A stretch of 63,791 nucleotides of DNA, the filler included, from Octopus bimaculoides (taxonomy: Eukaryota), in NCBI RefSeq assembly GCF_001194135.2. It is 8 parts of 8 records of this genome, joined end to end, with 100 filler letters (N's around TTAATTAATTAA, not from the genome) between each part and the next. Parts side by side here need not be neighbours in the genome. Positions count along the whole stretch, not along the records: positions 47,726 to 56,748 come from NC_068991.1; positions 56,849 to 59,214 come from NC_068987.1; positions 59,315 to 62,418 come from NW_026364644.1; positions 62,519 to 63,791 come from NC_068999.1; 4 more parts are not named here. One strand, given 5' to 3'. The translations under genes were made by a program, and so were the position numbers. Shown in pieces: positions 49,997 to 63,230 of the stretch. How positions within the stretch are numbered: the stretch's first letter is position 1; each line of letters starts with the position of its first letter. The notes below the pieces were generated by a model that was not told where the DNA came from, ran no database searches, and saw only the letters and a program-made list of their open reading frames with translations.

Positions 49997-50585
49997 ACAT
50001 ACACTGACTTTGTGGAGTTAATACCGAAGATATCACCCAAATCATAAGCAGTTGTCTGAAAATGTCATCACGGTATTATCTACCGATGAGACATGATGTA
50101 GCTAAGACACTGTGTAATGAAATCCGTTGGAAGGATAACCCCGAGGACAGAGAAATAAGAACCCACAGTATGGTAGAAGCAATAGCCACTCATAATAAAA
50201 AGGAGTACTGGTGGAATGTACCAGTGAAGACAACAATAAAATGTAAGCACGACAGACTTAATATAGTGATTTGGGATAGAGAAGAGAAACTGTGTAGAGT
50301 TGTGGAAATTAGCTGCCCGGCGGATGTTAACATAAAACTGAAGGGTAGTGAAAGAGAGAATACCTACGCTGAACTATTGAGAAATCAGCAGTTATTCTGT
50401 CCAGATTACAAGTTCAGGTAATTATTGGGACCCTGGGATATGTAATACACTGCTTAAATACCAACCTTGAGAAATTAGGCTTCTCAAAACTAGAAAGGAG
50501 AAAGCTAATTCGAAGACTACAGATCAAATCCATCACGGGAACTGTAAAAATCTGTAAAACTTTCCAGAAGTTTATCATTTAAGTA
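49997..50585 (+). mobile_element. R4/Dong-like LINE 3' end: CCHC knuckle and restriction-like endonuclease (RLE)
   Basis: *LCGVNTEDITQIISSC, RHD, KHDRLNIVIWD...VVEISCP (decayed PD-(D/E)xK), IIGTLG...ITGTVKICKTFQKFII*. Confidence 0.85.
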
Positions 50586-50752
50586 TATATGAACATGTCT
50601 AGATATGCAACAATATGCATGAGAATACATACATACATGCGTACAAACGTACATGCACACACACACACACACATGCATATGCACTTACATATATCTATGT
50701 ACGTGTGGGCGTGTATATGTTTAACACATACTTACATAATTTCATATATATG

Positions 50753-50787
<35 letters not shown>

Positions 50788-51219
50788 NNNNNNNNNNNNN
50801 NNNNNNNNNNNNNNNNNNNNNNNNNNNNNNNNNNNNNNNNNNNNNNNNNNNNNNNNNNNNNNNNNNNNNNNNNNNNNNNNNNNNNNNNNNNNNNNNNNNN
50901 NNNNNNNNNNNNNNNNNNNNNNNNNNNNNNNNNNNNNNNNNNNNNNNNNNNNNNNNNNNNNNNNNNNNNNNNNNNNNNAAAGAAACACAAAATGAAAGAA
51001 AACAACATGGAAATGACAAGTTTTGATAAATGTATTAGTTTAATGCTTAAAATGAAGGTAAATAATGTTAGCTTTTCGGATACTAGTCCTTCACCAGGAG
51101 GAAAATGTTGAAATAAAGAACAGAAGTAGAAATTGAAAAAGAAAAATTGGTTGGAAGAAGAAGAAATTTTTTAAAATGCGCGAGATTTCAGGCCAGATGG
51201 GAATACGGATACTTACGTA

Positions 51220-51250
<31 letters not shown>

Positions 51251-51378
51251 ATATGAGTGTGTCTGCGTGTGTTATGATACACACACGCACACACACATAT
51301 GTATGTATGTTTGCATGCATGTATGTATGTATGTATGTATGTATGTATTTATGTATGTATGTTTGGATGTATGTTTGG

Positions 51379-51414
<36 letters not shown>

Positions 51415-51840
51415 ATGGATGGATGCTCATTCAAAAACATACTCCTCTCTGGAATCCTCTTTCTTTACCAGCCGGTTTGGTATACAGTGATGATGGCTGA
51501 TATGCTAAAGAAATATTTGGGCTCTGCTAAATAACACACACAGAGTGTATGTATCTGTGTGCTGTTATACACACTGTCGATGATGATACTTAGGCATTCT
51601 AATAACATACAAGGAAAACATCCACTTCAACGCCACCACACTACACCATGCCGAATCTTCCTTGAAATATACGGTAATTACTTTATAGCTACTAACTTTC
51701 AATAACCGAAGACCACAATAATAGAATTAGTTATTCGCTTGGTTTTCCATTGGGGCGTTTTACTTCTTTTTTGTTTCTGACTGCAGACCTACTGATCTGT
51801 TTCACTATATTTCTATGTATTTATATCTCCAGCCAATTAC

Positions 51841-51910
<70 letters not shown>

Positions 51911-52029
51911 GTCTGTCTGTCTGTCTGTCTGTCTACCTCACTATCAGTCTGAGAGTCCCTGTGTGTATATNNNNNNNNNNGTCTGTCTGTCTGTCTGTCT
52001 GTCTACCTCACTATCAGTCTGAGAGTCCC

Positions 52030-52080
<51 letters not shown>

Positions 52081-52331
52081 TAGTTTTAGGGAAAATAACC
52101 AAGTTTCAAGAACTCATCGATGAAAATCCACTATCACATATAGAAAAATTAACAATTAAAAGCACAATAAATGAGTATAATATAAAACAAAGTAAATATC
52201 ATAAGATAAAGATAATAAAATGACTACACGTGTTTCATAACTAATTTTCAAATAGAAAGGAAATTTAAATCGATTAAAATCAATTAAAATCAATTGAAAT
52301 TATCGAAAATAAATTCTATATATATATCTAC

Positions 52332-52500
52332 GACGGTCTTCTTTCAGTTTCCGTCTACCAGATCCACTCACAAGGCTTTGATCGGCCCGAAGCTATTGAA
52401 GAAGACACTTGCAACAAGGTGCTCCATAGTGGGGCTGGCTGAACCAGGAACTATGTGGTTTGGAAGCAAGCTTCTTACCATACAACCACGTCTGCGTCTA
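52332..52500 (-). mobile_element. SINE family A, 5' half
   Basis: ttccgtctaccagatccactcacaaggctttg...gaagacacttgc. Confidence 0.75.
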
Positions 52501-54756
52501 TCCTTTTACCCATCTAACCAAACCATCTCACTATTGATTTTAGTGTAAAAAAAAGAAAAAAGAAAAACATCTACATGCTAACGGCCTTCTGTACCTTATT
52601 TGTATATCTATTTTCTGTGAGTATTGCTCACTATTTATCACTATCTACCGTCCTAGATATTCTGCTACTTCTTAGTTACGTTCTCCTTTCCAACTTATCT
52701 TCCTATCTTCAAACTATATTTATATATGGCCATTGATCTGGTGATATAATTTTGAATCTATTTATTTATTGATATAGCTTTACGTACTCACACACACATA
52801 CACACAAATACACACATGCATTAACACAAAAACATACATACATACATACATATATGTCGAAGTAACTGTCATCTCATCCCTCCTCGCGTTCTGTCTATCT
52901 TCGCTTCCCTCCGTTTTCTCAGTCTTTTTCTCTCCGTTCATATCAGTGTCACCTCTGACCGCTGCGTGTTTAATTACATTTTGCACCTTTGTCTGTATGC
53001 CTTTTACACGCCTTTCTGTCTTTCCTTCCTTTTCATTTCCCCCCTCTCTCTTTTTCACACCACACACGCTCTCTTTCTCTATCAAATTGTTCAAACAGGA
53101 GGAGCCCTCATAACGTTTCTTGCACAATACATCTGATACGTATGTATTACATGTATTAGTCAGGGTGCGACAGAAAAACTCATATTTTACACGGCCAATA
53201 ATGTGAATCTGAGAGGACATTTTCGTTGCACATGATGTATATGTGTGGGGGTGTGGGGCGTGTTTGGGATTCCCAAACAACAATATAACCTTTATTTAAT
53301 AAAGGTATCTTCGTTATTTTTAGCGTTTTGACAAAAAAAGTCATTCTAAAATTGTTTTTTTGATATAAGCGCGCCCAAACAAGCTGAATGCTTACACAGA
53401 GCAGGTTTTACAGCCACATAAACCGATCGGGTGAAACCGGGCTTAGCTGCTAGCCCCGGTNNNNNNNNNNNNNNNNNNNNNNNNNNNNNNNNNNNNNNNN
53501 NNNNNNNNNNNNNNNNNNNNNNNNNNNNNNNNNNNNNNNNNNNNNNNNNNNNNNNNNNNNNNNNNNNNNNNNNNNNNNNNNNNNNNNNNNNNNNNNNNNN
53601 NNNNNNNNNNNNNNNNNNNNNNNNNNNNNNNNNNNNNNNNNNNNNNNNNNNNNNNNNNNNNNNNNNNNNNNNNNNNNNNNNNNNNNNNNNNNNNNNNNNN
53701 NNNNNNNNNNNNNNNNNNNNNNNNNNNNNNNNNNNNNNNNNNNNNNNNNNNNNNNNNNNNNNNNNNNNNNNNNNNNNNNNNNNNNNNNNNNNNNNNNNNN
53801 NNNNNNNNNNNNNNNNNNNNNNNNNNNNNNNNNNNNNNNNNNNNNNNNNNNNNNNNNNNNNNNNNNNNNNNNNNNNNNNNNNNNNNNNNNNNNNNNNNNN
53901 NNNNNNNNNNNNNNNNNNNNNNNNNNNNNNNNNNNNNNNNNNNNNNNNNNNNNNNNNNNNNNNNNNNNNNNNNNNNNNNNNNNNNNNNNNNNNNNNNNNN
54001 NNNNNNNNNNNNNNNNNNNNNNNNNNNNNNNNNNNNNNNNNNNNNNNNNNNNNNNNNNNNNNNNNNNNNNNNNNNNNNNNNNNNNNNNNNNNNNNNNNNN
54101 NNNNNNNNNNNNNNNNNNNNNNNNNNNNNNNNNNNNNNNNNNNNNNNNNNNNNNNNNNNNNNNNNNNNNNNNNNNNNNNNNNNNNNNNNNNNNNNNNNNN
54201 GATCTGCACAGACGCGCGCGCGCACATACACATACAAACACACACACACACACAGAGAGTCACGCATGTGCATAAAACAGAGATGCTAATCATATTCTGT
54301 TGCAGTTGTTGTCTGTCTTAAGACAAAACATGTAACTCTTATCAACGTCCGTCTATCTTTAAGTATTGATAGATTGATGTTGTTCAACTGAAGGTCAACC
54401 ATGATTAAGGAAACCTGAGATCACAGGTATTCCAGCCTCAGCCACTCCGTCCTTTGGTATATCTAGGATTATATTTTTCCTTGTGTCTTATTTTAATACG
54501 ATAGAGCGCAATTTAAGAGAATTTCATTACACTCTCTTGTTGGACGATCGACAACATAAAATCTCTCCTCTTGGCTCACTTGAAGCTTAATTTCCTCAAC
54601 TCCTTTCATTGTTAATCCCCTGCTCATTAATCTTCGTTCTTTTCATCTTTGCTGATCAATACTGCCTCTTTTAATACTATGCCTTTCAGTAATTAAGATA
54701 TTTTACGTACATCACTCTGTATATTATATGATATAAACTTTTACATATAACTATAC

Positions 54757-54900
54757 GCGGTTGTATGGTTAAGGAACTCGCTTTGTAGCCATGTGGTTTC
54801 GTGTTCAGTTCCATAGTGCACCTTGGCCAAGTGATTTCGACTATAATCCCGGACTGATGAAAGACTTGTGAGTTGGTTTGGTAGACAAAAACCGTGTGTA
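54757..54900 (+). mobile_element. SINE family A, 5' half, diverged
   Basis: catgtggtttcgtgttcagttcc...caccttggccaagtg...ttgtgagttggtttggtagac. Confidence 0.7.
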
Positions 54901-55189
54901 TGTGTGTGTGTGTGTGTGTGTGCGTGCGTGCGTACGTGTATATGCGTGTGCGTAATTGTCTGCATGTACGTTATATACACATGAATGTATATGTATGTAT
55001 ATATATATATATAGGGTAAAAAACCCTTTTACCCGCACCCACTTATTGCATTTGGTAAATCACTAGTGTAACAATAATTGGGTACCCTCCCAGCAGTATA
55101 TTGGATAGATATTATCCCTTAGTGGGTTGGATTCTCAACCCCTAACTCTCTTGGATTATATATATATATATATATATGTATAGGTTCAA

Positions 55190-55333
55190 AAAAAGAAAAA
55201 GACAAAAAAACAACAAAAAACAACAACGTGAGGACGTGATACAAATTGTGTTACTAGACGCTCGGGAAAGGAAAGAAAGAGAATTTGACGTTTCGAGCGG
55301 AGCTCTTCGTCGGAAACAAAGAAAGTCCAAAGA
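55190..55333 (-). mobile_element. PLE-type terminal repeat with a hammerhead-like motif
   Basis: Minus strand CCGACGA A GAGC-TCC-GCTC GAAA CGTC (55287-55313); related to the 4.1-kb repeat (cccgagcgt block); abuts (TA)n. Confidence 0.55.
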
Positions 55334-55492
55334 NNNNNNNNNNNNNNNNNNNNNNNNNNNNNNNNNNNNNNNNNNNNNNNNNNNNNNNNNNNNNNNNNNN
55401 NNNNNNNNNNNNNNNNNNNNNNNNNNNNNNNNNNNNNNNNNNNNNNNNNNNNNNNNNNNNNNNNNNNNNNNNNNNNNNNNNNNNNNNNNNNN

Positions 55493-55532
<40 letters not shown>

Positions 55533-56882
55533 AGCCAGTATAGGGGTCGGCAATCTCAAGAGCTGTCCCGGCTAGCACACACTCTAGCTTCGCCATTGAC
55601 GGGTGGAACCTATAATCCAAAAGTCTAGCTTTGTTACACACTGTGTCATGTTGACCCTGCTTGAGGATTGCAATAAAGGTACATGCATCTGTGGAATAAT
55701 CACTCATTTATACATAATTCTATGAGTGAGCAGTTCAGTTGATCGAACAAAAATGTAAATAACGTTCTGAGTTCAAATTCCGCCGAGGTCGACTTATCCT
55801 TTCAGAGTCGCTAAATTAAGTACCAGTCGCGTACTGGGGTCGATCTAATTGCCTAGCCTCCTCCCCCAAAATGTCTGGCCTTGTGCCTAAAGTAGAAAAG
55901 AATATGCACCAGACTTTAAAAATGAGTACTGGGATCGATTTGCTCGACTAATAATTCCTTGGAGGTGGTACCTCAGCATTGGCTGCAGTCCAATAACTGA
56001 AACAAGTAAACGGTAAAAATGAATCTATGTATCATACCTAGCGTATATACACCGTTAACAGACAAGATACTATGGTGTATATACAATACGTATGATGCCA
56101 AGACGACTGTTTTAATTTAATGTTGCTTTAATAACGGATAAAAGTCTTTTTCTTGCAAAGAGAATATTAGAACGGCCTGTCCGCTTTTGAATGTTAGCGA
56201 TTTCTTTCCGCTTTTGAATGTTAGCGATTTCTTTCCGCTTTCGAAGATTTTAACAAAAATTAAGAGAAAGTCTGTCTGAATTAGTTTGCATCACACATAT
56301 TTCTTTATTTAGTTCTTTCCGGTTTTTTCAGTATAACTTTTTAATGAATCTTTACAACGCTTCATTTGGACGTCAGGCGATCACTTAACTAGTATTATTC
56401 ACTTACGATAAGAATATTTACACACAGATTAAGTATGTATTTATATTTGAATAGTACTGCCAAGAGATCCATATTATATTATCCGAGTAAACCATGGCAA
56501 CTATAAAAAGTGACTGAGTGAAGAAAGGAGTTTGGGCTCAGAGCAGTGTCATGTAATATGTAATGTCGGCAGGTTCGCCCTTTTTTTTTTTTTCTTCCAG
56601 TTGCAAAGAGAAATTTCTAACTATTGTTAAATGGGAGATTAACAAGTAGTTTGTTTAGTAAAATGTAATAATACCTTTTTCTTTCTAATTTTGACACAAG
56701 ACCAACCGCTTTTGAGTGAAGAAAGAAGTCGAATACATCGACCCCAGTNNNNNNNNNNNNNNNNNNNNNNNNNNNNNNNNNNNNNNNNNNNNTTAATTAA
56801 TTAANNNNNNNNNNNNNNNNNNNNNNNNNNNNNNNNNNNNNNNNNNNNACATGATATATATGTACGTATGTATGTACGTATG

Positions 56883-56914
<32 letters not shown>

Positions 56915-57692
56915 TGTATGTATGTATGTATGTATATATAGTGAGAGAGAGAGAATGAAAAGAGAGTAAGAGAGAGAGAATATTGTTAGCAAGCGGTTAT
57001 CCCTTTCGATACATTGTCGGTTTAAAATAGATTGTTTTAAGAATTCTGTCTACATAATGAGACCAATTCTGGGTACTGACTAAGTAGTTGAAGTTTTCAA
57101 ACAGGACGCTCATAAGATTCAGAAGTACAAAGATAAGGACAGTTTCCAAAGCATAGTATTTTCTATTTTTTGTCAATAGTTGTATTATTCGACTTTAAGT
57201 TCCAAATATAAAGAGAAGGCGCCATATCTTTTTACCTATTCTTGTTTCTAAAAGAATATGTATGTTGATAAAGCCTAAAGTTAAAGGGATTGACCGTTCA
57301 GACGAGGTAGAGTTTATATTTATAGTCTCATAGTAGACCAATTCTTTCAGTTTTCAATTACCTCCTAAGTGTCATTAATTGATGTTGATACATCTACAAT
57401 TTGATGCATTATATTTCATTGATGAAGTTTCGGATTAAGATTGGTCAGAGTAGATAACGTAAGAAATTTTATATAGTAGAATATGAAATTTTAATAAAAT
57501 TCTGTTAAAGAGCTTATGGGATTTGTGGCTAGGTGCAATATTTTTAAGAAGGTATTTAAAGAACAGATTAGTTAAGCCTGTAGATAACTGTAAATTGAAA
57601 TGTGAGTTGTATATCTACGAAATATACTCATTCAACTACACACATGAGCTTACAGAAATTATATATATAAATGCATGTATATACACATGCAT

Positions 57693-57738
<46 letters not shown>

Positions 57739-57748
57739 NNNNNNNNNN

Positions 57749-57785
<37 letters not shown>

Positions 57786-57914
57786 TATGTGTGTGTAAAC
57801 GTCGAAAATCCACGCAGTTTCCATCTATCAATCTCACCTGCAAGTATTTAGGACAATATCTTTCACCTGATTAAAACTTTTTCAGTATTTCATTATTTTA
57901 TTGGATGTTTATAG

Positions 57915-58225
57915 AACGTCGGGCCCACAATCATGAAGTAGTGAGTTCGATTCCCAGACTGGGCTGTGTGTTATGCTCTTGAGCAAGACACTTTATTTAA
58001 CGTTGCTCGAGTTCAACTCAGCTGTAGAAATGCGTTGCGACGTCACTGATGCCAAGCTGTATCGGCCTCTTTGCCTTCCCATTGGATAACATGCGTGGGT
58101 TGAGGAGGAGAGGCTGGTATGCATGGGTGACTACTAGCCTTTCATAAACAATCTTGCTTAGACTTGTGCCTCAGAGAGGAACTTTTTAGTTGCAATCCAA
58201 TGGTCATTCATGACTGCAGGGAGTA
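57915..58225 (+). mobile_element. SINE-like family D
   Basis: B-box gagttcgattccc and a core-like ttgagcaagacacttt; its tail tggtcattcatgactg also appears inverted at ~36545. Confidence 0.6.
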
Positions 58226-58984
58226 TTCACCCTTTAAATATTATCTTATCCTGACGGAATCCTTTGCCTCTCATCCTTCTGAGATCGACAACATAAGTAC
58301 CACTGAAATACATCATCAACAACAACAAGAAAAATTAGCCTTGGACATTATTGCCTCGAGACCAAGGAATCATAAGGCCAGTTATTTGGTTTCCATGGCG
58401 GTAAGTGACCGAAATCACAAAATTCCCTCTGAATGGGATGCCTGTCCATCCCATTTACAGCCGAGTGGACTGGAGCCAAGTGAAATTAAGGGTTTTATTC
58501 AAGAACACAATGTATCACCCAGTTCGGGTATCGAGACCACGATCTTCTGGTCGTGAGGGCACCACCATAACCACTACGCCACGCGCCTTCTCATCCCTCC
58601 TAGATCGATAAAATAAATACCATTAAAGTACTGGAATCGATAAATCGATGAAACCTAAAATGTGAGATTTTATGGCAATGTTAGAAATCCTTTTATCCTT
58701 TCTTTTCGTTCTTTCGATTCCTACGCCTCAGAAGACCCGGTTACCCGGTTTCCACGGTGTATAAGTGACTGAGATCGCAATATTCCCCAGAATAAGATGC
58801 TTCCTAGTAATTTATTTTATCGATTCCAAAGCGACAAAGGGCAAAGTTAACCCCGGTGGGATTTGAACTGAGAACGTAAGAAGTCGGAAGAAATACTGCT
58901 GAACATTTTGTCCGACGTGTAAGCGAGTTTGCCATCTTGTCACCTTCTAGAAATCCTGACTATAATATTTTTTTTTCATTTCAG

Positions 58985-59083
58985 GTTATAAAGATGCTGA
59001 TCATCGTATTAATTGTCTTTATTCTTTGCTGGTCACCTCAACAGATACTGTTGCTATGGGGACTCTTCCGTTCTAAGAAACAA
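58985..59083 (+). CDS. Internal exon of a class A (rhodopsin-like) GPCR covering the end of ICL3, TM6 and the start of ECL3; peptide-receptor-like
   Basis: Acceptor ttttttttcatttcag, then 33 open codons VIKMLIIVLIVFILCWSPQQILLLWGLFRSKKQ, then donor gtaagg (phase 0-0). It contains the TM6 FxxCWxP motif, preceded by the V-x-K-M-L pattern typical of neuropeptide receptors. Confidence 0.85.
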
Positions 59084-59702
59084 GTAAGGATTTATATTTA
59101 CATATTTGGATATCACTAACTGTTTGCTTAAACTTTTGTATTGTCAACAGCGAATGCTTTAGATGGCTTCCTTCAATTTATTCCATACGTGCTTTTTTCG
59201 TTGTTGTCGTCGATNNNNNNNNNNNNNNNNNNNNNNNNNNNNNNNNNNNNNNNNNNNNTTAATTAATTAANNNNNNNNNNNNNNNNNNNNNNNNNNNNNN
59301 NNNNNNNNNNNNNNGGAACCCTCATCGTCGTAAGCGACGGAGTGCCAACAACAATATATAATTTAAATAATTTAAAGGTATGTTACAGATAATTTATTTT
59401 AATAACAATTTTCTGTTAGTAAATGATTTTCTTACACAAACACCCAACAATTTTGATTTCGAAATATTAAAAAATTTATTTGGAAATTATAAAGCTTCTG
59501 TTTGTTTTCCCCACCGCTTGACAACCTGTGTTGGTTTGTTCACATCCCCCTTAACGTATCAGTTCAGCCTTAGGCACAGACTTGATAATGGCAGTCTTAA
59601 AAAATAAATGCTTCGGTCGACTTATTCAACTAAGCTCTACAAGGCGTGCTTCATTGTGCATAGCTCTCTTTTCCATGACACTACACTATTCTCAAGGAAA
59701 CA

Positions 59703-60496
59703 TTGTTGTTGGCACTCCGTCGCTTACGACGACGAGGGTTCCAGTTGATCCGATCAACGGAACAGCCTGCTCGTGAAATTAACATGCAAGTGGCTGAGCA
59801 CTCCACAGACACGTGTACCCTTAACGTAGTTCTCGGGGGATATTCAGCGTGACAAGGCTGGCCCCTTTGAATTACAGGTACAACAGAAACAGGAAGTAAG
59901 AGTGAGAGAAAGTTGTGGTGGAAGAGTACATCAGGGTTCGCCACCATCCCCTGTCGGAGCCTNNNNNNNNNNNNNNNNNNNNNNNNNNNNNNNNNNNNNN
60001 NNNNNNNNNNNNNNNNNNNNNNNNNNNNNNNNNNNNNNNNNNNNNNNNNNNNNNNNNNNNNNNNNNNNNNNNNNNNNNNNNNNNNNNNNNNNNNNNNNNN
60101 NNNNNNNNNNNNNNNNNNNNNNNNNNNNNNNNNNNNNNNNNNNNNNNNNNNNNNNNNNNNNNNNNNNNNNNNNNNNNNNNNNNNNNNNNNNNNNNNNNNN
60201 NNNNNNNNNNNNNNNNNNNNNNNNNNNNNNNNNNNNNNNNNNNNNNNNNNNNNNNNNNNNNNNNNNNNNNNNNNNNNNNNNNNNNNNNNNNNNNNNNNNN
60301 NNNNNNNNNNNNNNNNNNNNNNNNNNNNNNNNGTGGAAGAGTACATCAGGGTTCGCCACCATCCCCTGTCGGAGCCTCGTGGAGCTTTTAGGTGTTTTCG
60401 CTCAATAAACACTCACAACGCCCGGTCTGGGAATCGAAACCGCGGTCCTATGACCGCGAGTTCGCTGCCCTAACCACTGGGCCATTGCGCCTCCAC
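59703..60496 (-). mobile_element. tRNA-headed SINE (family C) spanning a probably spurious gap
   Basis: Minus head gtggaggcgcaatggcccagtggttagggcagcgaactcgcggtcataggaccgcggtttcgattcccagaccgggcg; (AAC)n tail. The gap flanks duplicate the same 48 bp. Confidence 0.8.
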
Positions 60497-62519
60497 ATGT
60501 CACGAGCAGGCTGTTCCGTTGATAGGATCAACTGGAACCCTCGACGTCGTAAGCGACGGAGTGCCAACAACAACAGGGTCTGCAGAGGTACGTGTTAAAC
60601 AGTTACCAAGAACATGGTTCGTGTTACCAAGCCATTCTCGGTTGCGGTTGACGGGTGGTCTTTGTAACACCATACATTACTTTAATGTATAAAAGTAAAA
60701 AGAACTATTTATTAGACTTTCGTTATTATTTTTGTTTAATTACACGTCGCAAATCATTTAAACTGCTTTTTAGAACATTTTTCTTTCTTTTTCTTTGCAT
60801 GTAACTACATGTAGCAGGAGAAGTTCTTTCGTCAAGTTTCGCTGAATTTGCATGCTGCGTTCAATGTTTGGACAGCCATCTATTATTAACTGCGTGAATG
60901 TTTCTAAATCACGAAACATCGTACCAAATTCTTCCGAGTTCATTTCCTTCGTTTATTGTTCATTTCCTTTTGATCTTAATCGATTCGTTAATTGTCCGTC
61001 TCTATCTAAGCGTTCTGTTTATCCCAATTAAGACGACGCTCATGTTTGTCGCCACAATCTCTCTTCTTGAATTATTAAATTCTTTACAGAACATCGGTCA
61101 TTGGCTCGGGAACAGAGGTGAGTCGAAGGGGTGTAAGGAGTGCATGCGCTTCCCCTAAAATTTTGCAGGCGGCAATGAAAACGCTTTGAACATTCTCCTG
61201 AAAACTGGCTTTGCGCCCCTTATGCAAATTTCGCTCTTGCACTTATGCCATCGCTATACTTTATTTCTTCTAATTTTGACACAAGGTCAGCGATTAAAGT
61301 GAGAGGCTGGTCGATTACATCAGCCCCTAGTGCTCAAATAGTACTAATTTTATCGACCTCGAAAAAGAAATTTAAGGCAGTGTCGACCTCGGCAGCATTT
61401 GAACTCAGAACATAAAATAGTTCTCTCTAACCTTGTAACCTCGAACATCATCAATTCGTTCAAATTCGTGACGTTTGAATCTTACGTTCAAATTTGACGT
61501 TCAAATTTTGACATTTAAATTTGACGTTCAAATTTTGACTTTCAAACCGACCAGAACGAAAAGGTACAGCTTCTCCAAATTCATCCAAGAAACAACTTTT
61601 CTCATACTGGTTTCAAATGTCGAATGTCGACACAATGCCAGAAAGTTCTAGTGGGCTAGTATGTTACGTCGACCTCCAGGGTTTAACTGATACTTATTTT
61701 ATCGACCCCGAAAAATTGAAAAGCAAAGTCGATACCAGCAGAATTTGAACTCAGAACATAAAGACGGACGAAATGTCGTTAAGCATTTTGTTCGGCGCGG
61801 TATCGCTTCTGGCAGCTTGCCGGCTTCGCTGTTCTTCTCTCAAGTATTCGTTTATCTCACAGATGGTTAAAATTGAAACCGTAATAGCAATGACGTTTGG
61901 AAAATCCAATTTTGATTGCAAATTTCTACCTGCAATCACAAAGGTATTACTTTCTTTGATATATGTCTACCTGACATTAGTGTTGCTTTTTCTTTTCTCC
62001 TATTTTTACATTGCTGTCACTAGGTTTCGTGTATTTATAGTATAACGTCTAATTTATCATCTATCGTTAATACTTCTCTCGTCTTAACTATGGCTAAGAG
62101 AAAGAGAGAAGTTAACCAGTGTTAACACCAATAATTTTCCCATAAATCTTTTCTTTTACTTGTAGTTTATTAAGGTTAGATGATATATTGTGTTTCGGTG
62201 GAGTGAAGCAACAGGTTCACTGCAGGGAAACACCAAATAGACTTTGACACCACATATATCAAAACTTAAGTACCAACCTAATTCAACATTTGAAAATGCT
62301 TTGGGGGCAGGGGGAAAAAACACTGGAAAATGATTTTCGATGTAATGTTTGAAACTATTGCCAGGCTAATCGAGGTTAAAAAACTTTTTTATAATATATA
62401 TATATATATATATATATANNNNNNNNNNNNNNNNNNNNNNNNNNNNNNNNNNNNNNNNNNNNTTAATTAATTAANNNNNNNNNNNNNNNNNNNNNNNNNN
62501 NNNNNNNNNNNNNNNNNNG

Positions 62520-62591
62520 TAGTAGTGTTATGATGATGATTAGTATTATTATCTCTTCATTCTCATCAACTTCGTCATCATCCCTATTATC

Positions 62592-62660
<69 letters not shown>

Positions 62661-62957
62661 GCCGGTTTCGCTGATGCTGTTGTTCCTGCTGTAGCAGCTA
62701 CTGTAGTTATTTTAGAGCTGTTGATGAAGATGACGATGGTGATGACGATGGTGATGACGATGGTGATGATGATGACGATGACGATGATGACGACGACGAC
62801 AACAACGACGACAGCGAGCATTTCTTGTCCCTATTACAACAAATACGGCAAATGTGTTCATAATTTTGTTTTCGGTTTCTTATTTCTCTTAAGGACGCTA
62901 TTATTATTATCCTTATTATTACTATCAATCATATTATTATTATTATCATTATTATTA

Positions 62958-63022
<65 letters not shown>

Positions 63023-63230
63023 TATTGTTATCATTATTATTATTATTATTTTTATTATTATTATTAATAATATTATTGTTATCATTATTATTATTGTTAT
63101 CATTATTATTATTAATATTATTTTTATTAATATTAATATTATTATTATCATTAATATTACTTTATTACAATTATTATTATTATTATTACTATTATTGGTA
63201 TTACTATTATTATTATTATNNNNNNNNNNT
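62520..63230. repeat. (TTA)n / (GAT)n / (CAT)n low-complexity tract
   Basis: Read directly; explains the poly-L, poly-I, poly-N and poly-T ORFs. Confidence 0.95.

Noticed and set aside
59915-60380. 48-bp direct repeat flanking a gap (similar case at 51920-52035)
   Set aside because: This is gap-edge duplication from scaffolding.
61090-61117. 28-nt candidate exon NIGHWLGNR after the GPCR TM6 exon
   Set aside because: The splice sites are good and it is in phase, but the donor lies in what looks like a decayed MITE end and the peptide has no TM7 character; unsupported without RNA data.
61861-61941. Open phase 0-0 segment MVKIETVIAMTFGKSNFDCKFLPAITK
   Set aside because: It has no NPxxY or GPCR similarity and a weak donor (gtatta).
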